64,000 bases of DNA, taken from the NCBI GenBank assembly GCA_002269645.1, contig NIVC01002800.1, positions 38,194 to 102,193 of the forward strand, in the 5' to 3' direction. Below, piece after piece: positions 11,134 to 22,414 of this stretch (position 1 is its first letter; each line of letters starts with the position of its first letter). Origin of the DNA: Macrostomum lignano. Lineage: Eukaryota. The notes below the pieces were generated by a model. The model was not told the DNA's origin. It was given only the letters and a program-made list of their open reading frames with translations, and searched no databases. The position numbers and the translations under genes were made by a program.

Positions 11134-13748
11134 ATGAAACGCCGCCGCTCGCCAGCCGCCGATGCGGCGACTCCGTCAGCCTCGTCGGATCCGATGTTCA
11201 AAACGCTGGAATTCGCTCGCAGTCTGAGGACTATACGGGATTATTTTAATTTAATAGACAAATGCGGCGAAGGCGCTTTCTCGGCCGTGTTCAGAGCCCG
11301 GCCGCTGACTGGCGGGGACCGTTGCTTAGCGGTTAAGGTCATCAGCCAGTGCTGCGACTTGCAGCGCACCTGTACGGAGATTCTTCTGTTGAAGGCCTTA
11401 AAAGGCTCGCCGAATGTCATCAGCCTGGTGTCTGCTGTGCGTGAGGCTGAAACTGTGCTGCTGGTGATGGACTACGTTGAGCACAGGCCGTTTGTGGAGT
11501 TCTATAGACAGCTGCAACCTGATCAGGTGCGTTGGCTGCAATTGTGTGCTATTATCCCCTTTTTAGATTCCTCTTATTCTTAGAATCGACCTGTTTCTTA
11601 GAATCGTCGTTCAGTTCTTAGAATCTTCGCTTCTTATGAGTAGAAACGGCTTTTTTTCTAATAATTTTATTGCTTTTTGGAATCGGCTCATTTCTTAGAA
11701 TCTTTGCTTTTTAAAATAGGCTTGTATTTCTAGGAATTTTATTGCTTCTTAGAATCGGCTGCTTAGAATATTATTGTTTCTTAAAGTCGGCTCATTTCTT
11801 AGAATCTTATTGTTTGTTAGAATCGGCTCATTTCTTAGAATCTTTGCTTTTTAAAATAGGCTTGTATTTCTAGGAATTTTATTGCTTCTTAGAATCGGCT
11901 GCTTAGAATATTATTGTTTCTTAAAGTCGGCTCATTTCTTAGAATCTTATTGTTTGTTAGAATCGGCTCATTTCTTAGAATCTTTGCTTTTTAAAATAGG
12001 CTTGTATTTCTAGAAATTTTATTGCTTCTTAGAATCGGCTGCTTAGAATATTATTGTTTCTTAAAGTCGGCTCATTTCTTAGAATCTTATTGTTTGTTAG
12101 AATCGGCTCATTTCTTAGAATCTTTGCTTTTTAAAATAGGCTTGATTTCTAGAAATTTTATTGCTTCTTAGAATCGGCTGCTTAGAACATTATTGTTTCG
12201 TAGAATAGGCTTATTTCGGAGAATTTTACTGTTTTTTAAAATTGGCTTATTTCTTACAATCTTATTGTTTCTAAGAATCGATTCCTTTTTGAGAATCTTG
12301 TTTCTTAGAATCGGCTCATTTTTAGAATCTTATTGTTTCTAAGAATCGATTCCTTTTTGAGAATCTTGTTTCTTAGAATCGGCTCATTTTTAGAATCTTA
12401 TTGTTTCTAAGAATCGATTCCTTTTTGAGAATCTTGTTTCTTAGAATCGGCTCATTTTTAGAATCTTATTGTTTCTAAGAATCGATTCCTTTTTGAGAAT
12501 CTTGTTTCTTAGAATCGGCTCATTTTTAGAATCTTATTGTTTCTAAGAATCGATTCCTTTTTGAGAATCTTGTTTCTTAGAATCGGCTCATTTTTAGAAT
12601 CTTATTGTTTCTAAGAATCGATTCCTTTTTGAGAATCTTGTTTCTTAGAATCGGCTCATTTTTAGAATCTTATTGTTTCTAAGAATCGATTCCTTTTTGA
12701 GAATCTTGTTTCTTAGAATCGGCTCATTTTTAGAATCTTATTGTTTCTAAGAATCGATTCCTTTTTGAGAATCTTGTTTCTTAGAATCGGCTCATTTTTA
12801 GAATCTTATTGTTTCTAAGAATCGATTCCTTTTTGAGAATCTTGTTTCTTAGAATCGGCTCATTTCTTAGAATCTTATTGCTTCTCCTTTCTTAGAACAG
12901 ATCTGTTTCTCAGAACTGTTTTTTCCTAGAATCAGCACCAGCCCAACCAGTGCCTGAGCTGACAGCCATCCCGGCACTATCTGCAGGTGCAGCACTACAT
13001 GCGCTGCCTGCTGGATGCCCTCAGCCGAGTGCACTCAATGGGCGTAGTGCATCGCGACGTGAAGCCCAGCAACGCGCTGTACAATCCGGCCACCGGCCAG
13101 TTTGCTCTGGCCGACTTTGGTCTGGCCCACCTGGTGCAGCAGCAGCCGCAACGGCCGAGACCGGCCGCCCGGCCAGCCGCTGTTGGTTCGGCCGCGGTTT
13201 TCCCGTCCAATAAGTCCGCGGCCGCCTCGTGCCGCTGCGCCTCCGGGCTCGTGTGCGGCCCCTGCCTGTCCAAGCGGCCGATCCGAGCGCCACGCGGCGG
13301 CACCAACGGCTACAGGCCGCCGGAAGTGCTGCTGCAGGCCGACAGCCAGGACTGTCGGGTGGACACCTGGGCGGCCGGCTGCATTCTGGCCGCTTTCCTG
13401 TCCGGCCGGCAGCCGTTTCTCTGGTGCCGCTCGGACACGGAATGCCTGTACCTGCTGTGCTGCCTGTTCGGCCTGAACTCCATGCGATCCGCTGCCGCCG
13501 CTGTCGGGCGCGAGCTGCGCGTGCTGCCAGTCGCCTCGGAGACTCTGCCAGAAGCCGAGTTCCCCTGTCGGCGAGACCGGCTGTCCAGCGTCTGTCGGTT
13601 GATACGCGGAACCGAGGCCGGCAGCTCCGATGGTCCGTCGTCGTCAGTGTTTGACCTGCTCAGCGGATTGCTGCAAGCCGATCCGGCGAAGCGGCTGACA
13701 GCTGCCGACGCTCTCAAGCATCCGTACTTTGCTTCGGCTAAGCGCTAA
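11134..13748 (+). CDS. CDC7: Cell division cycle 7 kinase; exons 11134-11526 and 12987-13748 (~384 aa)
   Basis: GEGAFS, AVK, HRDVKPSN, DFGLA, the CDC7-type zinc motif CRC...CGPC, then RAPRGGTNGYRPPE and FLSGRQPF. Phase-0 intron cag|gtgcgt ... ctgcag|. Confidence 0.9.
11580..12930. repeat. CDC7 intron array: ~18-25-bp TTCTTAGAA-rich subunits in 140-bp (11701-12190) and then 68-bp (12270-12860) higher-order units
   Basis: tctttgcttt recurs at 11701, 11841, 11981 and 12121; aatcgattcc recurs at 12276, 12344 and 12412. Confidence 0.93.
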
Positions 13749-13798
13749 TCCGACTGGGCTTTGCTTTGTTAACCGTAGTAGCCGGATTGGGGGTGTTG

Positions 13799-14330
13799 GT
13801 AACTGGGATTGTTGACCTTAGCAACCGGGTTGTTGACCTTATCAACCAGGTTGTTGACCTTAGCAACTGGGTTGTTGACCTTATCAACTGGTGTTGGCCT
13901 TAGCAATTGGGTTGTTTACCATGCCAACTGGGTTGTTAACCTTAGCAACCAGGTTGTTGATCTAATCAACCAGGTTGTTGACCTTAGCAACTGGGTCGTT
14001 GACCTTAGCAACCGGGTTGTTGACCTTAGCAACCAGGTTGTTGACCTTAGCAACCGGATTGTTCACCATGCCAACTGGGTTGTTGACCTTAGAAACCAGG
14101 TTGTTGACCTTAACAGAGCAGCGGGTTCTTGACCTTAGCAACCAGGTTGTTGATCTTAGCAACTGGGTTTTTGACCTTAGTAACTGGGTTTTTTTCACCA
14201 TGTCAACTGGGTTTTTGACCTTAACAGAGCAGCGGGTTGTTGACCTGGCAACCAGGTTGTTGACCTTAGCAACCAGGTTGTTTTCCTTAGCAACTGGATC
14301 GTTGACCTTAGCAACTAGGTTGTAGACATT
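13799..14330. repeat. 21-bp minisatellite (gttgttgaccttagcaac(c/t)(a/g)g) about 50 nt after the CDC7 stop
   Basis: Directly visible; the spurious ORF has 7-aa periodicity. Confidence 0.93.
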
Positions 14331-14764
14331 AGCATAGCAGCGGGGTTGTTTCATACAATATAAGATATCGACCTTAGCAACCAAATTTGTTATCTTAAGA
14401 AACCATGCTGTTAGCCTTAGTAACAGAATTTTTGCTCTGTTAAAAACCAGTTTTTGTGCTATTATTGACCTGTGCATTTCCTATGTTAGTGAGCATTTCT
14501 GTATAATCTATGCATATACGAGCTACCAATGCCCAACGTATTTGAATGTTTACAGCCAATGCCAGGAATCTTGACCGTCTGGCTGCACTATTTATTAATT
14601 TTTAATGCTGTTATAATATTTTCGCGTCAACTATATAATTTTTGTGCAACTAATGGCAGTGCATTTCTTAGAATTTTATCTAAAGTACAAGTATTTTTCA
14701 TATTAAAAATGCTTTTATGCCTGTCGAATATTAGCAGGCTGAGATATCCTTACTTGGGATTGGA

Positions 14765-15905
14765 AATAGGTTCGGATGTTCTCACGACTGGGTTATTCTC
14801 ACCTTGAGATTGGAGATAGTTGAGATATTCTCACCATGAGATTAGAGATCGGCTGGGATATTCTCACCTTGATATCGGCTAAGATTTTCTCACCTTGATA
14901 TCGGCTGGGATTTTCTCACCTTGATATCGGCTGGGATTTTCTCACCTTGATATCGGCTGGGATTTTCTCACCTTGATATCGGCTGGGATTTTCTCACCTT
15001 GATATCGGCTGGGATTTTCTCACCTTGATATCGGCTGGGATATTCTCACATTGAAATTGGAGATCGGCTAGGATATTCTCACCTTGAGATTGGGGATCGG
15101 CTGGGATATTCTCACCTTGAGATTGGGGATCGGCTGGGATATTCTCACCTTGAGATTGGGGATCGGCTGGGATATTCTCACCTTGAGATTGGGGATCGGC
15201 TGGGATATTCTCACCTTGAGATTGGGGATCGGCTGGGATATTCTCACCTTGAGATTGGGGATCAGCTGGGATATTCTCACCTTGAGATTAGGGATCGGCT
15301 GGGATATTCTCACCTTGAGATTGGGGATCGGCTGGGATATTCTCACCTTGAGATTGGGGATCGGCTGGGATATTCTCACCTTGAGATTGGGGATCGGCTG
15401 GGATATTCTCACCTTGAAATTGGGGATCGGCTGGGATATTCTCACCTTGATATCGGCTGGGATATTCTCACCTTGAGATTGGGGATCGGCTGGGATATTC
15501 TCACCTTGATATCGGCTGGGATATTCTCACCTTGAGATTGGGGATCGGCTGGGATATTCTCACCTTGAGATTGGGGATCGGCTGGGATATTCTCACCTTG
15601 AGATTGGGGATCGGCTGGGATATTCTCACCTTGAGATTGGGGATCGGCTGGGATATTCTCACCTTGAGATTGGGGATCGGCTGGGATATTCTCACCTTGA
15701 GATTGGGGATCGGCTGGGATATTCTCACCTTGAGATTGGGGATCGGCTGGGATATTCTCACCTTGAGATTGGGGATCGGCTGGGATATTCTCACCTTGAT
15801 ATCGGCTGGGATATTCTCACCTTGAGATTGGAGATCAGCTGGATTATTCTCACCTTGAGATAGTAGATCGGATGGGATATTTCCACCTTGAGATTGATAT
15901 TCTCA
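14765..15905. repeat. Minisatellite with a 33-bp unit ctcaccttgagattggggatcggctgggatatt and a 26-bp deletion variant
   Basis: 26-bp units at ~14870-15040; 33-bp units at ~15070-15800. Confidence 0.95.
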
Positions 15906-16013
15906 CCTTTAGACCAGCGATCTAAAACTTCTATAATTTCAACCTATTAGATGGTGCTAGACTTCGCTATATCAACTCTCTTGCTTGTTATCACAATTCC
16001 AGCAGGAACCAGC

Positions 16014-16382
16014 ATGCCAAAGGTGTACAAAACCACTCACCAGTTCGATGGCGACCTGCCCGCACTTGTTCACCTGAGCGTGCTGGAATTCTCTGACCGC
16101 CTGCTCCTGTCGGTGTCCGACTCGGGCAAGCTGGGCTGCTTCTTTGTGCCGGCGCCCGGCCTCCAGGCCGATGACGCGGAGGCTCGGTTCGGCGCGCCAA
16201 AATCGCCGGCCACCTCGCGGGCAGCGCGTCTCCTTGGCGACAGTCTTCGCCGAGGCGCCGACGCCGGGAGTAGCGCATCAACGGCGCCTGTCGTGAGCCT
16301 GTGCCTCGCGAACGAGAGCCGCAGTCGGGTCCAGCTGCTCTGCGAATTGGTGGCTCAATTTCGCACCTGGCCGCAGGCGTGA
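16014..16382 (+). CDS. PSMG3: Proteasome assembly chaperone 3 (PAC3)-like, intronless, 122 aa
   Basis: FSDRLLLSVSDSGKLG resembles PSMG3 FSSHILVVVTQFGKMG as recalled. The C-terminal VSLCL...LLCELVAQFRTW and the length also fit. Confidence 0.72.
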   Translation: MPKVYKTTHQFDGDLPALVHLSVLEFSDRLLLSVSDSGKLGCFFVPAPGLQADDAEARFGAPKSPATSRAARLLGDSLRRGADAGSSASTAPVVSLCLANESRSRVQLLCELVAQFRTWPQA

Positions 16383-17074
16383 ATTATTTTGATAATTTTT
16401 GAAAATGAAAATACTACTTGCAGCGTCTGTTTGGAGTTTTTTCCTGTAATTTTCTACGAGCAATAAAATTCTAAAAGTGCGGCATTTATTTTTGTACTTT
16501 GGTGTAAATATCAATTGAAAGAATAATACAAGGAAATTGCCAAGCTGTTGTAATGTTGAAAATAATTCTAACTGCGCTTTGTTTCTTAATACCAGCTTTT
16601 GTATTTTTATTCTTACTATACAATAGGAAATCGAACTTAATAAATAGTACTAAAGGCTTATTGAGGGGTAATGCGCTGCACTGAAAACACAGAAAATAAT
16701 TGCAGGAAAAACCCAGTTCCGATGTCTAAATCCTCTTGGCGGCACACGAGTATACTATAAGAGCATATCTTCGCTTTGGGGATATTACGAGTATTCCAGT
16801 TTCTTAGAAATAAAAAGAACTGTTTGGTGCCGTACAGTGTAGATGTAAATTGAATGCATTGGGTACGTTAAGATGCCCTAGGTACACGTATCTTTTGCAG
16901 ATTAGCACTGCATTACAGTAATATATAATATAGTTCACTTTAAGCATTGGAACACAGGCGGGTGGTAGCGCTGAAGGAAACGGCCACCGGAACAGTTTTA
17001 CGATCGAAGTTTTGGAATGAAACTTATTTGCACTGTCCTAATCTTCAACATTCTCGTATTCTTTATGGCTCGTG

Positions 17075-17465
17075 TTCCCGCACCAGCCAATATGCGTCAA
17101 GTTTGGGTAAGAGGCCCTGTTCCCGCACCAGCCAATGAGCGTCGAGTTTGGGTAAGAGGCCCTGTTCCCGCATCAGTCAATGAGCGTCGAGTTTGGGTAA
17201 GAGGCCCTGTTCCCGCATCAGTCAATGAGCGTCGAGTCTGGCTAAGAGGCCCTGTTCCCGCACCAGCCAATATGCGTCAATTTTGGGTAAGAGGCCCTGT
17301 TCCCGCACCAGCCAATGAGCGTCGAGTTTGGGTAAGAGGCCCTGTTCCCGCATCAGTCAATGAGCGTCGAGTCTGGCTAAGAGGCCCTGTTCCCGCATCA
17401 GTCAATGAGCGTCGAGTCTGGCTAAGAGGCCCTGTTCCCGCATCAGTCAATGAGCGTCGAGTCTG
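17075..17465. repeat. 45-bp minisatellite between the convergent PSMG3 and orphan gene
   Basis: gaggccctgttcccgcaccagccaatgagcgtcgagtttgggtaa, about 8-9 copies. Confidence 0.93.
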
Positions 17466-17659
17466 GGTCGGGAATCAAGTTTGCGTACTCAACCCCAACT
17501 AAACTATCTTATTAATACTTTAATGGGTAAAGCTATTCTGCTGCAGTCATCAGTCATGCAATGTAAAGTTGCAAGTTGCAAAGTTTTCAACATTTCTCGA
17601 GTACGCGTATAAGCCGGCTAAAACTTGAATTGATTTTTTATCCAATCGCTTCGAGTCGC

Positions 17660-19409
17660 TCACTGCAAGCCGAACGATACAGACGACATTCGAACTGTCG
17701 GGGCGGCGGCCGAGATCCTTCTCAGCTGAATCGGGGCCTTCGACTCCTTGTCCGACTTCGCTGAGGCTGACCCGCTCCGGGACTGTCGCGGGCCGAGCGG
17801 CTGTCGCGGCTTGCCGGACGCGTCCCGAACGCCGCCCTCCCGCGCCACGTTGGACTGATTCTCGCCGTCTTCCCGAGCCCCGACGCCCAGCAGCAGCATG
17901 TCGAGCAGGCCGATGATGTTCAGCTGGCGTTGCAGCGGAAAATTCTTCGTCGACAAGAAGATGCCGCGCCGTTCGCGTTTAGTCATGTGCCAGGGAGCGT
18001 ACAGGATGCGCCCGGTCTCGCGATCGCGGAGCGGCTCCGTGGGCGACTTGAGGTCGTAGACTTCGCCATACTTGTGGTGTGTGATGCCGACTCGCTGGTA
18101 GCCGTAGACCAGCGGCTTGTTGTCCGGCACGAACTCGTTGCACTGTAGGCGGGCCTTGGCGGTGTCGCGGTACTCCTCCAGGTTCACGCTGCCCGGCAGG
18201 ATGCCCTCGATGAGCCGCTTGGCCTGGCGGGTGGCGCCGTGAAATGCGTGGGATTGTAAAGTGTAAGTAGGCTGCTGCAGTACGAGTTTCGTTAGAGGGG
18301 ATCGGCAAGCTAACAAAGTTTCGCCGGATTTAGCATTTAGTGAAGTGAAATAGCATTTGCATTTATGGAATTAATAATTTTGCTTCGGGGCAACTAAATA
18401 TAGCGCCTGCTAAACTGAAATGAGTGCCTGCGGCGCTAAAATGAGTGCCTCCGGCGCCAAAATGAGTGCCTCCGGCGCCAAAATGAGTGCCTGCGGCGCT
18501 AAAATGAGTGCCTGCGGCGCCAAAATGAGTGCCTCCGGCGCCAAAATGAGTGCCTCCGGCGCCAAAATAAGTGCCTGCGGCGCTAAAATGAGTGCCTCCG
18601 GCGCAAAAATGAGTGCCTGCGGCGCTAAAATGAGTGCCTCCGGCGCCAAAATGAGTGCCTGCGGAGCCAAAATGAGTGCCTGCGGAGCCAAAATAAGTGC
18701 CTGCGGCGCCAAAATGAGTGCCTGCGGAGCCAAAATGAGTGCCTCCGGCGCCAAAATGAGTGCCTGCGGAGCCAAAATGAGTGCCTCCGGCGCCAAAATG
18801 AGTGCCTGCGGAGCCAAAATGAGTGCCTGCGGAGCCAAAATGAGTGCCTGTGGAGCCAAAATGAGTGCCTGCGGAGCCAAAATGAGTGCCTGCGGCGCCA
18901 AAATAAGTGCCTGCGGTGCCAAAATGAGCGCTGACAACACCGATTCTCAAAAATAATATACATGTACACGTAGAATTCTTGGCTTTGTCCCCCAACCACA
19001 AAATCCATGGCGACGCCTCTGTGAAGCGTTGCCGCTCTCAAATAACCCTCCAAGTTTCTCCAACAAACTTGTGAGGATAAAACAGCTAACATGGATTTAA
19101 AGTTCAGCTACATGGATTTGAGTTTATGGCATGCTAATCAATATTCCACACCTGCGCATGTTTAGCCCGAGTCGGCGCCACCACCATGAGCAGCTGGTAC
19201 TTGATCCAGGTGTCGCCAGCGCCGCGCCTGTACAGTGACCGAGTGTTCATGACCAGCTGGCAGCTGCACTTGGCCTCAATCATGTTCTTGTTAGCCGGCA
19301 GCAGCAGCGGGGTCAGCAGCTCGCTAACGGCCAGCAGCAGGTACTTTCTAGTGGACTTGCCAGCCCCGATCGCGTTGAATGAGACGGTGAAGCCGCGGTA
19401 TTTGGACAT
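17660..19409 (-). CDS. Uncharacterised protein (~273 aa); exons 19409-19152 and ~18223-17660
   Basis: GC3-rich codon usage like the other internal exons. Donor CAG|GTGTGG at 19152 and a pyrimidine tract plus CAG acceptor at 18224 give a phase-0 join HAQ|AKRLIEG. The intron contains an array, as in the other genes. Confidence 0.7.
18415..18930. repeat. 21-bp minisatellite aaaatgagtgcctgcggcgcc in the orphan-gene intron
   Basis: About 24 units. Confidence 0.95.
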
Positions 19410-19769
19410 TGGCGAGCAAACTCTGGGACTATGAAATTCTATATAACCACACTAGCCAAATTTTAGGCGTTGACTATCGATTGAAGGGAATAGTTTTGCC
19501 AGTTTGTCTCATCTACATCTGGTCAATGTCTATGGCTGAAACCCCCTGTTTGGGTTCGAGAATAGATCTTATATTCCCTCCCTCCTTAGCAAACTTTTTC
19601 ACATTAGCTCCTATGGCCACATAAGTGGTTAATGAGTGGCCCATCTTGTGCATATACATATCTCATACATGTTTGATCTTTGGGTTCGAGCACAGCAAAT
19701 GGGCTGTGTAACTATCTAGAATGGAAATGGCTTATCATAGCGGCAGCATAAGGAGCACAATGATAAGAA

Positions 19770-19875
19770 CAAGGATGAAAAGGAGGATAAGGAGGGTAAG
19801 GAGGATAAGGAGGGTAAGGGTAAGGAGGGTAAGGAGGATAAGGATGGAAAGGAGGATAAGAAGGGTAAGGAGAAT
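19770..19875. repeat. Short purine-rich 9-bp repeat aaggag(g/ga)t
   Basis: aaggaggat/aaggagggt tandem units. Confidence 0.75.
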
Positions 19876-20659
19876 TAAATTGATTGCAAAATCGATGTTA
19901 AGTAAATAAAAATAAATAATGTAAAACAGATGAAAAGACTTTGAACAACACTGACAGATCTGTTTTAGTCATATTTAAATTTTACGACACAATGTAAATG
20001 GTAACGTTTTCAATTATAAGTAGCATAGCTCATATGGTATCTATATTTAATAAATATATATTCATACATCATAGATTCAAATATGCAGACTTGTCGGGCA
20101 TCAAAGAAACAATCGGGGAGAGAAACACACGCCAGTGTACAGCACAAGCCGCTAGTTAATACGATAGCTTTATGACAAAATTCACCGCTTTTTCAATACA
20201 GTTACAAGTAGTATGAAGCGTACACGAAGCTATTTATTCATGTTAACATTATAAAACTCCTGTTTTACCAAGAGCGAGCAAATTTCTAGGACAAGAGGAA
20301 GAGTTGTAATGCGCGGCTGGTCTTTGTGCGCGAGATTTCACAATTGAGCAGGCGGAATCCAACTGAATTATTAATATTGCTAAATCTATTCCTGTTGCAA
20401 ATTCTAACGAGTATTGAGAACTGAAATTAGTAATTAGTTGGATAAAATATTTTGGTTGCAATTATAGCAATAGACAATTTGTAAGCGAAATGGGGATTCG
20501 TTAAACAAAAATAACTGCTAGAATTAAACTGAGGGGAATGTATTTAATATACCAGTACATAATGTATATACTGCAGCAGGCAGTTTTATGCGTTGAAAAA
20601 TAATGTTTTATGTTCATATAGGGCTGGCTGCTAGCAAATAAGTAGCAATTGCACATGCA

Positions 20660-21290
20660 GGGAAAAGGGAGAGGCGGCAGACAGCTGGGAGAGGCGGCAG
20701 ACAGCAGGGAGGGGCGGCAGACAGCAAGGAGGGGCGGCAGACAGCAGGGAGGGGCGGCAGACAGCAGGGAGGGGCGGCAGACAGCTGGGAGGGGCGGCAG
20801 ACAGCAGGGAGGGGCGGCAGACAGCAGGGAGGGGCGGCAGACAGCAGGGAGGGGCGGCAGACAGCTGGGAGGGGCAGCAGACAGCAAGGAGAGGCGGCAG
20901 ACAGAAGGCTGAGAAGGCCAGCAGACAGCTGGGAGAGGCGGCAGACAGAAGGCTGAGAAGGCCAGCAGACAGCTGGGAGAGGCGGCAGACAGAAGGCTGA
21001 GAAGGCCAGCAGACAGCTGGGAGAGGCGGCAGACAGAAGGCTGAGAAGGCCAGCAGACAGCTGGGAGAGGCGGCAGACAGAAGGCTGAGAAGGCCAGCAG
21101 ACAGCTGGGAGAGGCGGCAGACAGAAGGCTGAGAAGGCCAGCAGACAGCTGGGAGAGGCGGCAGACAGAAGGCTGAGAAGGCCAGCAGACAGCTGGGAGA
21201 GGCGGCAGACAGAAGGCTGAGAAGGCCAGCAGACAGCTGGGAGAGGCGGCAGACACAAGGCTGAGAAGGCCAGCAGACAGTAAAGACAGT
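20660..21290. repeat. Minisatellite with a 20-bp unit (ggggcggcagacagcaggga) changing to a 44-bp unit at ~20880
   Basis: gaaggccagc recurs at 21001 and 21045. Confidence 0.93.
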
Positions 21291-21927
21291 GATATGAGCA
21301 AGAAACGTGAGGAACTCGCAGGCCAGACAAAGGAAGCAGACGTAATAAACTGGCCAGCCAAGGCGGGCCTGAATCAAGCACTGATTCACACACACGGCAT
21401 GCATGAAGCAAAAGTGCATGTACACATTAAATGAGCACAGCGGGGTGGCGGTCAAGCAAGTTAAGTATTATACGAATTAATAATTTGAAACAAAAACCGA
21501 CGGGCAATAAAGGGGGTTTAAAATATTAATTAACCAATATTTATCTGCCGGCTAATTAACAGTTAAAACAAACAATCGATCGACATGTAGTTTTCTAAGA
21601 ACTATTACTCAGAATAACAAACTTTGGATTGATAATAAAAAAGCAACAAAAGAAAAATCAAAGATGACGCGACAGCAAAATAGCCAATTCGGAAGTATTC
21701 AATAGTTATTTAACTGGATTTGAGATTCCGGCAGCCCCTGACATAATCAGTTATGATATTAGCTCATTAATTATTAATTGTTTAGTTAACAGCACGAATA
21801 TCTGGACATATTTTCTCCTATAGTCTTGTAGATAAAGTTTATTTAAAAGTCGTTCCAGCTAATGTTCAATCAACTTTCTACTAACCACAGTAGGCTAGTT
21901 GGAGTTTTAATCAGCTATGGGTACTTT

Positions 21928-22253
21928 TGAGTCGGCAAACTGTTTTACAAGAAAGGCTAGATAAAAAAATCTAGCTCATGGCTGCGGACCAGATGAGAGA
22001 GGAAAAGAAGGCAGAGGTGAGAGTAGATATGAGAATAGATGAGGTGAGAGGGGGCGGGAGGAGAGAGTAGAGAGCAGAGAGGAGAAAGGAGAGAAAAGAG
22101 AGGAAAGAGCAGAGGAGAGAGGGAGAGAAGAAAGAAGAGAGAGAGACAGAGAAGAGACGCAAACCTTGAGCGGGCTGGATTGCTATTGTGACGTTTCCAA
22201 GGACCCGAGGGCCGGATAGAGAGGCTTCGCGGGCCGCATTTGGCCGACCGCTG
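21928..22253 (+). mobile_element. Degenerate hAT (Charlie-like) MITE copy with a GA-rich interior
   Basis: gtcggcaaact left-TIR remnant and ttggccgaccgctg right end. It shares ttgagcgggctggattgctattgtga and ggatagagaggct..gggccgcat with the copy at 54988. Confidence 0.75.
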
Positions 22254-22414
22254 AAGTAAAAGGGGCTAAAAGAAGCTACACTTGCAAGTCTTGCTAATAT
22301 TTCCACTAATTAGTGACACCGGCCAATGACGACAGTCAAATATTCTTTATGGTCCAGACTATCGGACAGATTTCTTAGAAACACATGGAACAGACAGGCG
22401 GGTCCATTGAAATT

